A DNA stretch of 64,000 bases. Source: Bacillota bacterium (GTDB lineage Bacteria > Bacillota > Sulfobacillia > Fermentithermobacillales > Fermentithermobacillaceae). Under the pieces are notes generated by a model. That model was not told where the DNA came from. It did no database searches and saw only the letters and a list, made by a program, of their open reading frames with translations. Made by a program: the position numbers and the translations under genes. Below are positions 52,414 to 63,570 of this stretch, one piece after another. Every line of letters begins with the position of its first letter. Position 1 is the stretch's first letter. The stretch lies in contig JAXGOJ010000001.1 in assembly GCA_040767525.1 (NCBI GenBank), positions 20,317 through 84,316 on the forward strand, written 5' to 3'.

Positions 52414-53729
52414 CAGAACTTAAATACGCAGTCTATTCTGAGGCAATACGTATGGCCCAAACCCTTACATACCGGGGAACGGTACTGAACATCATCGGAC
52501 TCTTGATAGAAGCAGCGGGCCCCAAAACCAAAATGGGCGAGATATGCAGACTCATACCTGATTCCGAGACACCCATCCTAGGTGAAGTAGTAGGGTTCAG
52601 AGCAGGCAGGGTTCTTCTTATGCCCTTTGGGGATCTAGACGGGATTGCACCAGGCTCTATTGTGGAAGCCACAGGACGTGAACTGGAGGTTCCTGCAAGC
52701 CGGGAAATGCTTGGCAGAATTACAGATGCATTAGGTTTTCCAATAGATCAAAAGCCCTCATGGCGTGCAGATTCATATTGTCCTGTAATGGAACGGCCTC
52801 CGGCACCCCTTGACCGAGGACTAATCAAAGACCCCCTGGCTACAGGAATCAGGGCCATAGATGCCCTGTTAACCCTTGGCCAAGGACAAAGAATCGGAGT
52901 ATTTTCGGGCTCAGGTGTTGGTAAGTCCACTCTAATGGGTATGGTGGCACGCAACACTTCAGGAGATGTCAACGTAATTGCCCTGATAGGCGAGCGAGGC
53001 CGGGAGGTAAGGGAGTTTATAGAAAAAGATCTTGGTGAAAAGGGCCTTAAGCGATCTGTGGTAGTAGTCGCCACCTCAGACGAACCGCCCCTTCTGCGTA
53101 TCAAAGCTGCATGGGTTGCCACTGCAATTGCCGAATACTTCAGGGACCAGGGACTAAATGTTCTCTTAATGATGGATTCAATAACTCGCTGGTGCATGGC
53201 TCTTAGAGAAGTAGGTTTAGCCATAGGCGAACCCCCTACTACCAGAGGTTACACGCCGTCAGTATTTGCCAATTTGCCCAGACTCTTGGAACGGGCAGGC
53301 AAAGGAAATAAGGGCAGTATCACCGGGATCTACACGGTCCTGGTTGAGGGCGATGACATGGATGAACCTATTGCCGATGCTGCAAGAGGGACTTTGGATG
53401 GCCATATAGTCTTGTCAAGGGACCTTGCCCAGATGGGACATTATCCTGCCATAGATGTACTGGGATCTGTATCCCGTCTCATGACCGATGTTGCAAAAGA
53501 AGAGCATTTATCTTTAGCCCAGGAGATACGCAGCATTTTGGCTACTTACCGTAAGGCCGAGGACCTGATTAACATTGGCGCCTATGTAGAAGGTTCGAAC
53601 CCAAACATTGACAAGGCTCTTCATTACATACAAAGAGTAAATTCATTCCTAAAACAAGGTGTTGACGAATCGATCTTGTTCGATTCTGCCGTTTCACAAA
53701 TGGCAGGGATATTCAATGAAGCCGGGTGA
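52410..53729 (+). CDS. fliI: flagellum-specific ATP synthase FliI
   Basis: Walker A GSGVGKST, F1-ATPase beta-like; intact 439 aa. Confidence 0.9.
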   Translation: MTELKYAVYSEAIRMAQTLTYRGTVLNIIGLLIEAAGPKTKMGEICRLIPDSETPILGEVVGFRAGRVLLMPFGDLDGIAPGSIVEATGRELEVPASREMLGRITDALGFPIDQKPSWRADSYCPVMERPPAPLDRGLIKDPLATGIRAIDALLTLGQGQRIGVFSGSGVGKSTLMGMVARNTSGDVNVIALIGERGREVREFIEKDLGEKGLKRSVVVVATSDEPPLLRIKAAWVATAIAEYFRDQGLNVLLMMDSITRWCMALREVGLAIGEPPTTRGYTPSVFANLPRLLERAGKGNKGSITGIYTVLVEGDDMDEPIADAARGTLDGHIVLSRDLAQMGHYPAIDVLGSVSRLMTDVAKEEHLSLAQEIRSILATYRKAEDLINIGAYVEGSNPNIDKALHYIQRVNSFLKQGVDESILFDSAVSQMAGIFNEAG

Positions 53730-53777
53730 CCCTATTCAATCAGGTAATTCCTGCCGATAAGGATTGAGGGAGGATCA

Positions 53778-54234
53778 TTGAGAAACTTCAAGTTTCGGCT
53801 GGAAAGAGTCCTTGCAGTCAGGGACTTGAATAAATTTGTTGCCGAGGAGAAATTGGGCCGCCTCCTCAGAGACATGTATCTTATCCGTAATGATTTGAAC
53901 ATGGCCACGGCAGCAGGGCTTGAAAACTGCGCGAGTCTGCGGAAGGAAGTGTCCGGACAGATTGATTTGCCCCGGATAAAGGCCCTTCTCAGATACGGTG
54001 CTGTAGTTGACAAATACATATCTGTCAAAAAAGAAGAATTGGCTCAAAAGGAAAGATCAGTCAGAAAGGCTCAGGAAGAAGTACTGCTACCGAACTCCAG
54101 GAAAAAGGGCTCTTGAACGACTGAAGGAAAGACAGATTTCCAGGTATAGAGCCTTGTACTGGTGGGAACAGAGCAAGCAACTTGACGAAATTGGAAGCGT
54201 GTATTTTAGCAGAAATGCAAAGGAGGTGATTTAA
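53778..54234 (+). CDS. fliJ: flagellar export chaperone FliJ; one frameshift near 54080
   Basis: Coiled-coil FliJ-like N-terminus (FKFRLERVLAVRD...); the C-terminus ...ERLKERQISRYRALYWWEQSKQLDE is in the +1 frame. Confidence 0.6.
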
Positions 54235-54248
54235 GAGCCCATGGAAAC

Positions 54249-55503
54249 ATGTACTGTAGCCACCTGGGAACCAGGTTGGGCAGTAGCTTACCGGAGACAA
54301 AACCCCTGTTGAAAGATGAGGAACTGGAGAACATGGATTTTGGCGCCCTTATGGCTGGCGTAATCGGGATGTATCACCGGAAAATCGCAGTCGGGCAGGT
54401 GTCAGTCGCAGATGCCCTTGATTTTCCAGAGGCCATCCAGGCAGGATCTGACATCGACTGTGCAACAGATACTGACTTTACTGAACAGGTGTCCCATTCG
54501 TTTCCGGTGTTTGGCAAAACAAAAAGCTATTCACCCTGTCCACTGCCTGAATCAATGAACATGCAATCGGGCGTGATAGACATGGCGAATCCTGAAGTTT
54601 CCAAAGTTAGCAAAGACACAGTATTTCAAAACGACAGCCTTGATAAACTGTGGGAGACAGCCGGCGTAAGGATTATCCGGGATTTTGTGACAGTCCCGGA
54701 ATATGAGGTAAACACTGCTGACACGGCTGCTTCAGGCGTATCTGAGACTGTGTTTTTGAAATACCTGAGGATGTGCCCGGAGCCAAATCAAGACATCAGG
54801 ATGTTCATCCGCAAACCCAGGACAACGGGCAAACATTGGTGTTAAACAGATCAGAATCAGACAGTGGCACCAATCCGAAAATCTTGGATATGGCCCGTAA
54901 TCCTCAGCCTGATGCCTGGAAACTATCCGGCGATGACTCCGGTGATAATCGGGTATCTCCCGAATTTAGGCGCTCAAATTGCCCCACAGGCGATGAAGAA
55001 TCGTGCCCGGTAGGTGTTGAGCCACTACTCCATTCACCCGGTTATAGCGAAGCAATGGAAGTCAATAGTCCTTCCCATGTCTTTTCAAAGAATGTGGAAA
55101 AATTTGCAGAAATACTTGCAGGAAAAACTACTCAAACCTGCCAAAAAGCCTTGAACTCCAATTGGACCCTCCCAGTTTAGGCAAAGTCACTGTCTTGCTT
55201 TCTTCAAGGGGTGAAGAGGTGGTGGTTAAATTCATTACTTCGTCTTACGAGACTCAAAAAGCTCTTTCCGGTTCTCATGAAGATCTTGCCCGGGCCCTAT
55301 CGGAAAGAGGCCTATCCTTATCGGGATTCCTTGTCGACCATGGGATGAAAGACCAACTGACTCAGCCGCGCCATAGTCTCAAAAGGCAAACCAGGATTCC
55401 CAAGAAAAGCCGTGAGTTAGGTGGGTTACAAGGCATTAGAGCAGAAAAGCCTCTATGGGGCACAGTAGTTCTCGATTCCAGGATATTTGATTGCCGGGTA
55501 TGA
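54249..55503 (+). CDS. fliK: flagellar hook-length control protein FliK-like; two frameshifts
   Basis: C-terminal Flg_hook domain (LDPPSLGKVTVLLSSRGEEVVVKFITSSYETQKALSGSHEDLARALSERGLSLSGFLV). Position between fliJ and flgD. Confidence 0.55.
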
Positions 55504-55528
55504 GAGTTTTGGATAAGGAGGTGGGAAA

Positions 55529-55984
55529 ATGCCGTCAGCAATCCAGGCAACCCAAAGTGCACAGGCTCAGAGCCGGATCAAGCAATTTCAGGGTCAGGCT
55601 GAGCCTCTTCAGGATCAGTTCATGGAAATTCTTTTAACCCAATTGAAGTATCAAGACCCGATGGATCCTGTGAAAGAAACGGAGTTTTTGGCACAAATGG
55701 CTCAATTCACTGCTGCCACTCAAATGCAGAATTTAAACACCAGTGTATCTTGGTTGTGTAGCTACGTGATAGAGAATCAATTAGGAAAAAGTCTTATTGA
55801 AGCAGCTCATCTTATCGGTAAGGAATTCAAAGCCCATACACCCGACGGTAGTGTTGCGGGAGTGGTGGAAGGCGCAGGTTTTTCTTCGGGTAGATTGGTG
55901 ATTTACTGTGGAAAACACGAAATACCCATTGAAAATCTGATTTGGATCGGAGGGGATGTACGTGAGGCTGAACATGACCAATAA
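55529..55984 (+). CDS. flgD: flagellar hook assembly/capping protein FlgD
   Basis: ...FMEILLTQLKYQDPMDPVKETEFLAQMAQFTAATQMQNL... Confidence 0.8.
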   Translation: MPSAIQATQSAQAQSRIKQFQGQAEPLQDQFMEILLTQLKYQDPMDPVKETEFLAQMAQFTAATQMQNLNTSVSWLCSYVIENQLGKSLIEAAHLIGKEFKAHTPDGSVAGVVEGAGFSSGRLVIYCGKHEIPIENLIWIGGDVREAEHDQ

Positions 55985-56366
55985 TGGGATGGTAAATCCT
56001 CTGAATACCCAAAGAGCTTTACAGAGGCAACCCTCTGGTACGGAAGGACAGTCTGTACCTCAGGGCCCGGCGTTCTTGGAAGCACTCAAAGAAGCTCAAA
56101 GAGGCACAGATGTTACCTTCTCCAGGCATGCAGAGCAAAGGCTTAGTGCATGGAATCAGGGCACTAAAAGCGACTATATGGGGCAGCTAAACAGCGCCAT
56201 GAATATTGCCCAGGCCAAGGGAGCCAGATCCACTTTGGTACTCATGGAGGGAGTAGCCTTCTTGGTAGCCCCCCAGAACCGTACAGTTGTTACTGTAATT
56301 CCAGAAGACAGGATGAAAGATAATCTGTTCACTTCGATTGACAGCGCGGTAGTCATGAACAAGTGA
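55956..56366 (+). CDS. flagellar operon protein (TIGR02530-type small protein between flgD and flgE)
   Basis: Size, position, and the ...DVTFSRHAEQRL... motif typical of this family in Firmicute fla operons. Confidence 0.55.
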   Translation: MYVRLNMTNNGMVNPLNTQRALQRQPSGTEGQSVPQGPAFLEALKEAQRGTDVTFSRHAEQRLSAWNQGTKSDYMGQLNSAMNIAQAKGARSTLVLMEGVAFLVAPQNRTVVTVIPEDRMKDNLFTSIDSAVVMNK

Positions 56367-56450
56367 CCTCCGTTCCGGGCCGGACCCTTTCAGGGAGGCC
56401 ATGCGCTTTGGACTGACAGAGAAAGCGCCGGAACCCAATAAGAGAAAGGG

Positions 56451-57704
56451 GTGCATCAGGACATGATGCGTTCATTGTTCAGCGCAGTGTCTGGCTTGAG
56501 GACTCACCAGACCCGCATGGACGTAATTGGGAACAACATAGCAAATGTGAATACGCCTGGATATAAATCAAGCAGGGTGACATTTCAGGAAGTTTTCAGC
56601 CAAACCCTCAGGGGGGCAAGTTCGCCTTCAGGCTCGTCAACTGCTGAACGGGGAGGTACTAACCCTATGCAAGTGGGCCTGGGAGTAAATGTGGCGAGCA
56701 TTGACACAATTCAGACTCCTGGAAACCTGCAGCCTACTTCCAGGTTGACTGACGTTGCCATAGAAGGTAATGGGTTTTTTGTAGTGCAAGACGGTGAGAG
56801 TCTTTCATACACCAGGGTAGGGAATTTCTCCACTGACGGCGACGGAATACTCGTTGACTATGAGGGAAGAAAGGTTCTTGGGTGGCCCTCCCGCCCTGAT
56901 GGGAACTTGCCAATTAACCGTACAGGCCAAAACCTTGAGCCTTTGTCCATCCAGGTAGGCTCCAATATGCCGGCAAAGGCAACGAGCAACGTTCAGTGGA
57001 TTAAGAACCTTGACGCAGAGGCATCTAACGGCTTTTCAAAAACCACTGCAGTAACAGTATACGATTCTCTAGGAAGGACTCACAGCATTTCTGTGACTTT
57101 TACCAGGGATATGAGCACAGACCCAAACACCTGGAGTTGGTCGGCCGAGCTTTCCGGCATTGAAATCGGCCAGGGAACAGTCAGCTTTGATAACAGTGGC
57201 AGTTTCGTTTCTTCGACAGGAGACAGTAGTTTTACTTTTGGCCCGGCTGGAGCTGATCAAGTAACTGTGGAAATGGACTTCAACGGCCTGACCCAGGTTG
57301 CCGGGCCTACAACAGTAGAATCGGGAGCAGTTGATGGATGGCCTACAGGAACTCTTGAATCATATAGCTTTGATTCTAACGGGGTTATCTCAGGATTTTA
57401 CTCCAACGGCAAGAACCAGATACTGGGCCAAATTGCCCTTGCAGGTTTTCGAAATCCGTCAGGCCTGATTAAGGCAGGCAAAAACCTATATATAGAGTCA
57501 AATAACTCAGGGGCTGCAGACATAGGGCCTGCAGGGACTTCAGGAAGAGGTACAGTTGCACCTACTGCACTTGAAATGTCAAACGTTGACCTGGCAGAGG
57601 AATTTACACAGATGATTATCACACAACGAGGATTTCAGGCAAACTCAAGGGTTATCACAGTATCCGATGAATTGCTGCAGGAACTGGTTAACCTGAAGAG
57701 ATAG
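56451..57704 (+). CDS. flgE: flagellar hook protein FlgE
   Basis: N-terminal rod/hook motif (SLFSAVSGLRTHQTRMDVIGNNIANVNTPGYK) and C-terminal ...ALEMSNVDLAEEFTQMIITQRGFQANSRVITVSDELLQELVNL. Confidence 0.9.
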   Translation: MHQDMMRSLFSAVSGLRTHQTRMDVIGNNIANVNTPGYKSSRVTFQEVFSQTLRGASSPSGSSTAERGGTNPMQVGLGVNVASIDTIQTPGNLQPTSRLTDVAIEGNGFFVVQDGESLSYTRVGNFSTDGDGILVDYEGRKVLGWPSRPDGNLPINRTGQNLEPLSIQVGSNMPAKATSNVQWIKNLDAEASNGFSKTTAVTVYDSLGRTHSISVTFTRDMSTDPNTWSWSAELSGIEIGQGTVSFDNSGSFVSSTGDSSFTFGPAGADQVTVEMDFNGLTQVAGPTTVESGAVDGWPTGTLESYSFDSNGVISGFYSNGKNQILGQIALAGFRNPSGLIKAGKNLYIESNNSGAADIGPAGTSGRGTVAPTALEMSNVDLAEEFTQMIITQRGFQANSRVITVSDELLQELVNLKR

Positions 57705-57723
57705 TTACACGAGGTGAATCTAA

Positions 57724-58530
57724 ATGGATAGGGCGTCTATCATTGGAATAGTCTCAGGTTTCGCTCTTCTTATATGGGCAATGGCCAACGGGGGCAGCCT
57801 TGCAATATTCTGGGACTTCTCATCGGTCCTGATAACCATAGGCGGTACTCTGACTGCCACGCTTATCAGCTATCATGGGGCAACTTTCCTGGAAGTAATG
57901 ACGATAGCCAAGAACGCATTTACATCTAAGAATCAGGATCTTCCTGACACTATAAACACAATAGTCCAGTTTGCTGATAAGGCCCGGAGAGAGGGGCTCC
58001 TGGCACTTGATGAAGATGCAGACGCCCTTGCTGATCCTTTCTTCAAAAGGGTATCAGACTGGTCGTGGATGGGACAACCCCAGAACTTGTACGAAGTATC
58101 CTGGAGACTGAACTTGCATTCATTTCACAAAGGCACAAGACAGGCCAAAAGCGTTTTGGAAACCATGGGTGCTTTTGCTCGGCCTTGGTATGCTCGGCAC
58201 CCTGATTGGCCTTATTCAGATGATGGTACACCTGGACAGTCCTGACGCCATTGGGCCGGGTATGGCGACTGCCCTGGTAACAACCTTTATGGTTCAGTCC
58301 TTGCTAACCTGGTATGCCTTCCGGTAGCAAACAAGCTCAAGAACAAGAGCACTGAGGAAATGTTTTCAAAGGAAGCAATCATAGAGGGGGTCTTATCAAT
58401 TCAGGCCGGGGATAACCCGAGAATCGTTCAGGAAAAACTCAAGTCATTTCTCGCACCCAAGCAGAGAGAAGAGATCCCCAGGCCATCTGGGATGAGGGGG
58501 GTAGTTGGAAGTGAAACCCTGGATGCAAGA
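57724..58530 (+). CDS. motA: flagellar motor stator protein MotA; frameshifted after about 130 aa
   Basis: N-terminal transmembrane segments (ASIIGIVSGFALLIWA...); downstream fragments ...FARPWYARHPDWPYSDDGT... match MotA in shifted frames. Confidence 0.7.
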
Positions 58531-59251
58531 TGACGAAGCCCCGAGGCAAGCAGCATGGATGAACACATACGCTGACATGGTGACTCTGCTCTTGTGCTTC
58601 TTTGTGCTGTTGTTCTCAATGTCAGTGGTCAACATCAAGAAATTCCAGGCTGTTATGTCGTCCCTTCAGGGGGCCCTTGGAATCATGCAAGGCTCATCTG
58701 ACCCTGTCATCACCCCGCCCCCTGACGGTGTTTTCGACCCTCAGGATTTCCAGGCACAGCTCCTGGCCCAGGAAATGGCCAAAATGAGAGAGTTGGGGCA
58801 ATTATTCGAAGATGAATTGGCAAAGTCAGGCCTGGCAGATACGGTCACAATTGAACTTGAAGAACGAGGCGTAGTTTTCAGGTTTGCTGATACTGTCCTC
58901 TTTGACGTGGGGCAAGACACCCTTAGGGCTGAATCCAGACAGGTATTGCTCAAAGTCGGTGAACTCATCAAAACTGTAGACAATCCTATAAGGGTTGAAG
59001 GCCACACTGACAACTGGGCAATCAACACACCCAGGTTCCCTTCTAATTGGGAATTATCCACAGGACGTGCAACACAGGTGGTCAGATTTCTAATAGAGGA
59101 GGCCGGCCTGGAACCGGAGCACCTCCAGGCTGCAGGATATGGCGAGTACCATCCTATTGATAGCAACGACACTCCTCAGGGGCGGCAAAAGAACAGGAGA
59201 GTTGATGTAGTGATTTTGAGGCCTTCCCTTTCATCAGCTGAGCCCCGGTAA
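58505..59251 (+). CDS. motB: flagellar motor protein MotB (OmpA-like C-terminal domain)
   Basis: ...WMNTYADMVTLLLCFFVLLFSMS... transmembrane/plug region and C-terminal OmpA-like domain (...FDVGQDTL...GHTDN...). Confidence 0.8.
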   Translation: MEVKPWMQDDEAPRQAAWMNTYADMVTLLLCFFVLLFSMSVVNIKKFQAVMSSLQGALGIMQGSSDPVITPPPDGVFDPQDFQAQLLAQEMAKMRELGQLFEDELAKSGLADTVTIELEERGVVFRFADTVLFDVGQDTLRAESRQVLLKVGELIKTVDNPIRVEGHTDNWAINTPRFPSNWELSTGRATQVVRFLIEEAGLEPEHLQAAGYGEYHPIDSNDTPQGRQKNRRVDVVILRPSLSSAEPR

Positions 59252-59694
59252 TGAATCAGAGTGCGGAGGTATGTTTCATGAAGAAAGTGGTTTTGGTAAC
59301 AGCGATTGTACTCATAGCACTGGTGGCCGGGTATGTGGTAGCCGCAAGAGCCCCGGGGTTTCCGCTGGTTTTAAATGACCGTGACAAGTTGTCTACCGGT
59401 AAGACTCTTACCTATAGTTTGGGCCAGTTTATAACCAACCTCATGGACTCCGGAAAGTACATTAGAGTTACTCTCGATCTGAAGATTTTGGATTCCCGAG
59501 AAAGTGAAGATCTGCTAGCAAAAGTATCGGAATTGAAAACAGACATATACGCTCTTTTGCGGTCCAAGACATACGAAGAGCTAATAGGCGAAACAGGCCT
59601 TAGAAGCCTTCAGCAAGACATACTTGACAGGATTGAGGCCAAATGCCCCGGAATTGTAGAAGATGTGTTTTTCTCCGAATTCATAATCCAGTAG
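59251..59694 (+). CDS. fliL: flagellar basal body-associated protein FliL
   Basis: Single N-terminal transmembrane segment, about 145 aa, FliL position and composition. Confidence 0.7.
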   Translation: MNQSAEVCFMKKVVLVTAIVLIALVAGYVVAARAPGFPLVLNDRDKLSTGKTLTYSLGQFITNLMDSGKYIRVTLDLKILDSRESEDLLAKVSELKTDIYALLRSKTYEELIGETGLRSLQQDILDRIEAKCPGIVEDVFFSEFIIQ

Positions 59695-59717
59695 TAACGT
59701 AGAAGAGGTGGTACGGT

Positions 59718-60695
59718 TTGGCGCTTACGCAAAAGGAAATTGAAGAACTTATCAATTCGATGATGACAAAAAGCACCGGTGACGAAGAGCCACAAGTGGT
59801 AAAGCCCCGGCTGCGGGTTTACGATTTCAAAAGGCCCGACAAGTTTTCCAAAGACCATCTGCGAGGCGCTCAACTCTTATTCGATAACTTCTGCAGGCTT
59901 GTTACATCGTATTTTTCCGGCATCTTCAGACTTGCAATTCATTGTAACGTTGTATCAGTCGATCAGATTACATATGAAGAGTTCGCAATGGAGCTGCCAA
60001 ACCCATGTTCCGTTGCAGTGATCCAGTGGGCTTCTCTGTCTTCAAATGTTCTTGTAAACTTCAATCCCCAAATTGCCCTTCCCATGGTAGATAGGCTCTG
60101 TGGCGGGCCCGGAAACGCTACGGCAGTTTCAAGAACACTTACTGAAATTGAAATCTCGGTCCTGATGCGGGTAGCTGAAACTATGGCTGAAATACTATCT
60201 GTCACATTAAAGGAGTTTAGCATTGAGCAACATAGTCTCTCAGTTTCGTCAATTGAGGTAAATCCCCTCTTTGTCCAGCAAGCCATGGCACCTAATGACA
60301 TCATCTTATCAGTAGTTGTCGGAATGAAATTCGGAGCCGGTTCGGGCAACATAGAATTCTGCCTTCCCTATACGCTGCTTGAACCAATATTACCGGCCTT
60401 TTCCGCCTACCGGTGGTTTTCCAGAAGGGACGAAAACCATGATGAAAAAAACAGTGAAAACGTTGTCTCTGCCATTCAGGATGTAGAGATACCAATTTCC
60501 TGCCGTCTTGGAGAGAGCACCTTGACAATGGGGGATGTGCTTTCCCTAAAAGTAGGGGACATAATTGAGCTCGATGCCCGTAAGGGTGATCCTGCTGTAC
60601 TCCATATTTTGGGCAAACCCAAGTTCAGTGTCGACATAGGGCGCATAGGCCCCAGGATGGCCGCAAAAATCATTGCACGATCAAAAGATAACTAG
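59718..60695 (+). CDS. fliM: flagellar motor switch protein FliM
   Basis: N-terminal CheY-P binding motif (LTQKEIEELI), FliM middle domain, C-terminal SpoA/FliN-like domain. Confidence 0.85.
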   Translation: MALTQKEIEELINSMMTKSTGDEEPQVVKPRLRVYDFKRPDKFSKDHLRGAQLLFDNFCRLVTSYFSGIFRLAIHCNVVSVDQITYEEFAMELPNPCSVAVIQWASLSSNVLVNFNPQIALPMVDRLCGGPGNATAVSRTLTEIEISVLMRVAETMAEILSVTLKEFSIEQHSLSVSSIEVNPLFVQQAMAPNDIILSVVVGMKFGAGSGNIEFCLPYTLLEPILPAFSAYRWFSRRDENHDEKNSENVVSAIQDVEIPISCRLGESTLTMGDVLSLKVGDIIELDARKGDPAVLHILGKPKFSVDIGRIGPRMAAKIIARSKDN

Positions 60696-60715
60696 GAAGG
60701 AGCTGACTATTAGGC

Positions 60716-61243
60716 ATGAGCAACGAAAATCTCAGCCAGGAAGACATAGAAGCCCTGTTGAGAGAAGTTCAAGAATCCGGCTCTGAACCTGACCTGACTG
60801 AAGACCTCCATGAGGTAGAGCCCGGGGATATTACGGGGGCTTTCGATACGAAACCGGCCATAGACGGCCTTGTCCCGGATACTGATGAACTTTTGGTTCC
60901 TGAATCAAAGAAAGCGGGCAAAGACCCCATGGTACAGGTGGCACAGTTTCAGGAATTTGAAATGCAGCCTGGGTCTGAAAAGGCCGTTTCTGACATGGAT
61001 GTCCTTTTGGATATTCCCCTGTCCATCAGTGTTGAGTTAGGGAAATCCAGGTGCTACGTTAAAGACTTGTTAAACCTTACAGTGGGCTCCATAGTCGAAC
61101 TCGACAGGCTTGCGGGAGATCCTGTGGATATTTTGGTTAATGGAAAGATGTTTGCAAAAGGAGAGGTGGTTGTTATCGATGAAAACTTCGGTGTGAGAAT
61201 CCAAGAGATTCTTAGTAAAGATCAGAAAAACAAGAACCGCTGA
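60716..61243 (+). CDS. fliN: flagellar motor switch protein FliN (short FliY/FliN type)
   Basis: C-terminal SpoA domain ...[64 protein letters not shown]. Confidence 0.8.
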   Translation: MSNENLSQEDIEALLREVQESGSEPDLTEDLHEVEPGDITGAFDTKPAIDGLVPDTDELLVPESKKAGKDPMVQVAQFQEFEMQPGSEKAVSDMDVLLDIPLSISVELGKSRCYVKDLLNLTVGSIVELDRLAGDPVDILVNGKMFAKGEVVVIDENFGVRIQEILSKDQKNKNR

Positions 61244-61326
61244 AACATCTCAAATAGAAAGCCCAGCCCAGGCGGCTTTATTTAACAGACAAAAAAGGGG
61301 GGACCCGCCGGGTTTCCGGCACAGAT

Positions 61327-61715
61327 ATGGAGTCATACTCACTTGCCTCAGAGTTTTGCAAAGTACTGGGTTTGCTCGGCCTGTTGATTGTGTTTGCACT
61401 CTTTGCAGTTGGTTTGCGGAAACGTAGATTTATGCCAGGGGGATCCCGGTTACACCTTCAAATCATAGATTCTCTGCCTCTGGGCAAAGACCGGGCCATA
61501 TGTATAGTAAAAGCAGGCCAATCTCATTTCTTGCTCGGATTGACAGATCACCAAATATCTGTCCTGAAAGAAATTACAAATGACGAGTTAGATAGCGTAT
61601 CTGAAAGGCAAATTCTTGACGATCCTCCCACAGCCGGAAACTGTGACTTCTTCTCCGATTCATGGCGAAAAAGTCTCGCAAAGAGCGAGACAATTCAAAG
61701 GCAAGAACATGCTTA
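61327..61715 (+). CDS. fliO: flagellar biosynthesis protein FliO/FliZ (3' end uncertain)
   Basis: Single transmembrane segment and the ...LGKDRAICIVKAGQSHFLLGLTDHQISVL... motif typical of FliO. Overlaps the fliP start. Confidence 0.5.
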
Positions 61716-62458
61716 TAGGCCTTATCTTAGGTGCTCTATTGGCAGGCTGTGCCCAATCATATGCTTTTGCAGCACCTACCGGCATTATCCCGAGTATTGA
61801 CCTCAAGATTGACGGTGATTCAGGACAGGGGGGCTTGTTAAACGCAATCGGAATCCTCGCAGTTTTGACAGTACTAACCCTTGCCCCGGCTATTCTCATC
61901 CTTACAACATCTTTCACAAGGACAGTCATTGTTTTTTCGTTCCTCAGAGCCGGCCTGGGTACACAACAAACACCGCCCAATCAGGTGCTCATTGGCCTGG
62001 CTCTCTTACTTACGTTTTTTATCATGGCACCAACCTGGGGCCAGGTCAATGAAGTAGCCATTACTCCATATACGTCAGGGGACATATCGGCTCAAGAAGC
62101 CATCTTGAGAGGCCAGGAACCGCTCAAAGAGTTCATGCTAAAACAAACCCGTGAAAAGGACCTGGCTCTTTTCATTGAAATAGGGCAGTCTGAGACGCCC
62201 TCTTCGCCTGAAGAGGTGTCTTTTGTTCAAATTGTCCCAGCTTTTGCCATTTCGGAACTGAAAACCGCCTTTGAAATGGGCTTTATTCTGTTCTTACCGT
62301 TCTTGGTTATTGATATGGTAGTAGCGTCAACCCTGATGTCCATGGGTATGCTCATGCTGCCACCTGTCTTGATCTCCCTCCCGTTCAAACTTTTGCTGTT
62401 TGTGTTAGTAGATGGTTGGAGCTTAGTCACACGATCCCTAATTGGAAGTTTCAGATAG
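61709..62458 (+). CDS. fliP: flagellar export apparatus protein FliP
   Basis: Signal peptide followed by the conserved FliP core (...TSFTRTVIVFSFLRAGLGTQQTPPNQVLIGLALLLTFFIMAP...). Confidence 0.85.
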   Translation: MLIGLILGALLAGCAQSYAFAAPTGIIPSIDLKIDGDSGQGGLLNAIGILAVLTVLTLAPAILILTTSFTRTVIVFSFLRAGLGTQQTPPNQVLIGLALLLTFFIMAPTWGQVNEVAITPYTSGDISAQEAILRGQEPLKEFMLKQTREKDLALFIEIGQSETPSSPEEVSFVQIVPAFAISELKTAFEMGFILFLPFLVIDMVVASTLMSMGMLMLPPVLISLPFKLLLFVLVDGWSLVTRSLIGSFR

Positions 62459-62488
62459 GTTCTGAAAGACGGGTTTGGGCCCGGAACA

Positions 62489-62772
62489 TGAGAGGAGTTT
62501 TCAAGGTGACACTGGATCAGGTTATCTCAATAGGAAAAGAAACCCTGGGAACAACAATTCTGGTAGCTATGCCTTGTTTGCTGATTTCAATTGCAGTTGG
62601 CTTACTGGTATCAGTATTTCAGGCCACCACTCAAATTCACGACCAAACCCTTAGTTTTGTTCCAAAGATTGTAGCGGTAATGGTGTCTATTATGATTTTT
62701 GGTGGGTGGATGCTGAAGACCTTGGTGGATTTCACCCAAAGACTCATCCAGAAACTGCCCGGCCTCATTTAA
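62489..62772 (+). CDS. fliQ: flagellar export apparatus protein FliQ
   Basis: ...VFQATTQIHDQTLSFVPKIVAVMVSIMIFGGWMLKTLVDFTQRL. Confidence 0.85.
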
Positions 62773-62807
62773 GTGGCCTATTTCAGATACAGACAAGGGG
62801 GGAGCCA

Positions 62808-63556
62808 ATGGAAACCTGGCTGGATAGTATTTTACCGTTTCTGTGGATTATTCTTCGTACTACAGGACTTTTCATTACGGCCCCGGTAATTGGAACCAAG
62901 TATGTGCCCTGGGCCGTAAAGGTTACAATGTCCCTGGCTATTGGATATATGCTTTGGGCGATTGTGCCTGTGGCTCCTTCGCCTCAAACCATAGGCGGCT
63001 TCATGATGGTTTCCGGAGGGGAAGTAGTACTGGGTTTGCTCATGGGTTTTTGCGGTACTATCATGATGGCCGCCATAGAAACTGCCGGACACATAGTTGA
63101 CATGAAGATAGGCTTTGGAATGGCCAATGTCATTAACCCTCAATATGGCCATCCGTCCCCAATTCTTGGGATTTTCAAGTACCTCTTAATAGTCCTGGTG
63201 TTTCTGGGAATTGACGGCCATCATCTCTTCGTAATAGCGTTGTCTGAATCTTTTGCCATAGTACCTGCAGGGGCTGCTTTTATCCCTCGCGCATGGGCCC
63301 AAATAGGACTGGGAGCCGCATCCGGCATGCTCAGGACTGCCTTGATTCTTGCATGTCCGGTATGGGCTTCTGCCCTGATTGTCGACTTTGCCCTGGGCGT
63401 TATCGCAAGGACAGTACCACAGATGAACGTATTTGTTGTTGGGATGCCGGTGAAGACCCTGTGGGATTGGGAATCCTCTCTGCTTCAATAACATTTTACG
63501 GAGTTTTTACCAAAGAAATCACACTTTCCATGGAGTATCTCCTGAAAGTCTTCTAG
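62808..63556 (+). CDS. fliR: flagellar export apparatus protein FliR; frameshift near 63455
   Basis: Six-transmembrane FliR body; the C-terminus continues in the +1 frame (...VGLGILSASITFYGVF...). Confidence 0.8.
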
Positions 63557-63570
63557 AAGCTTATGGGCAT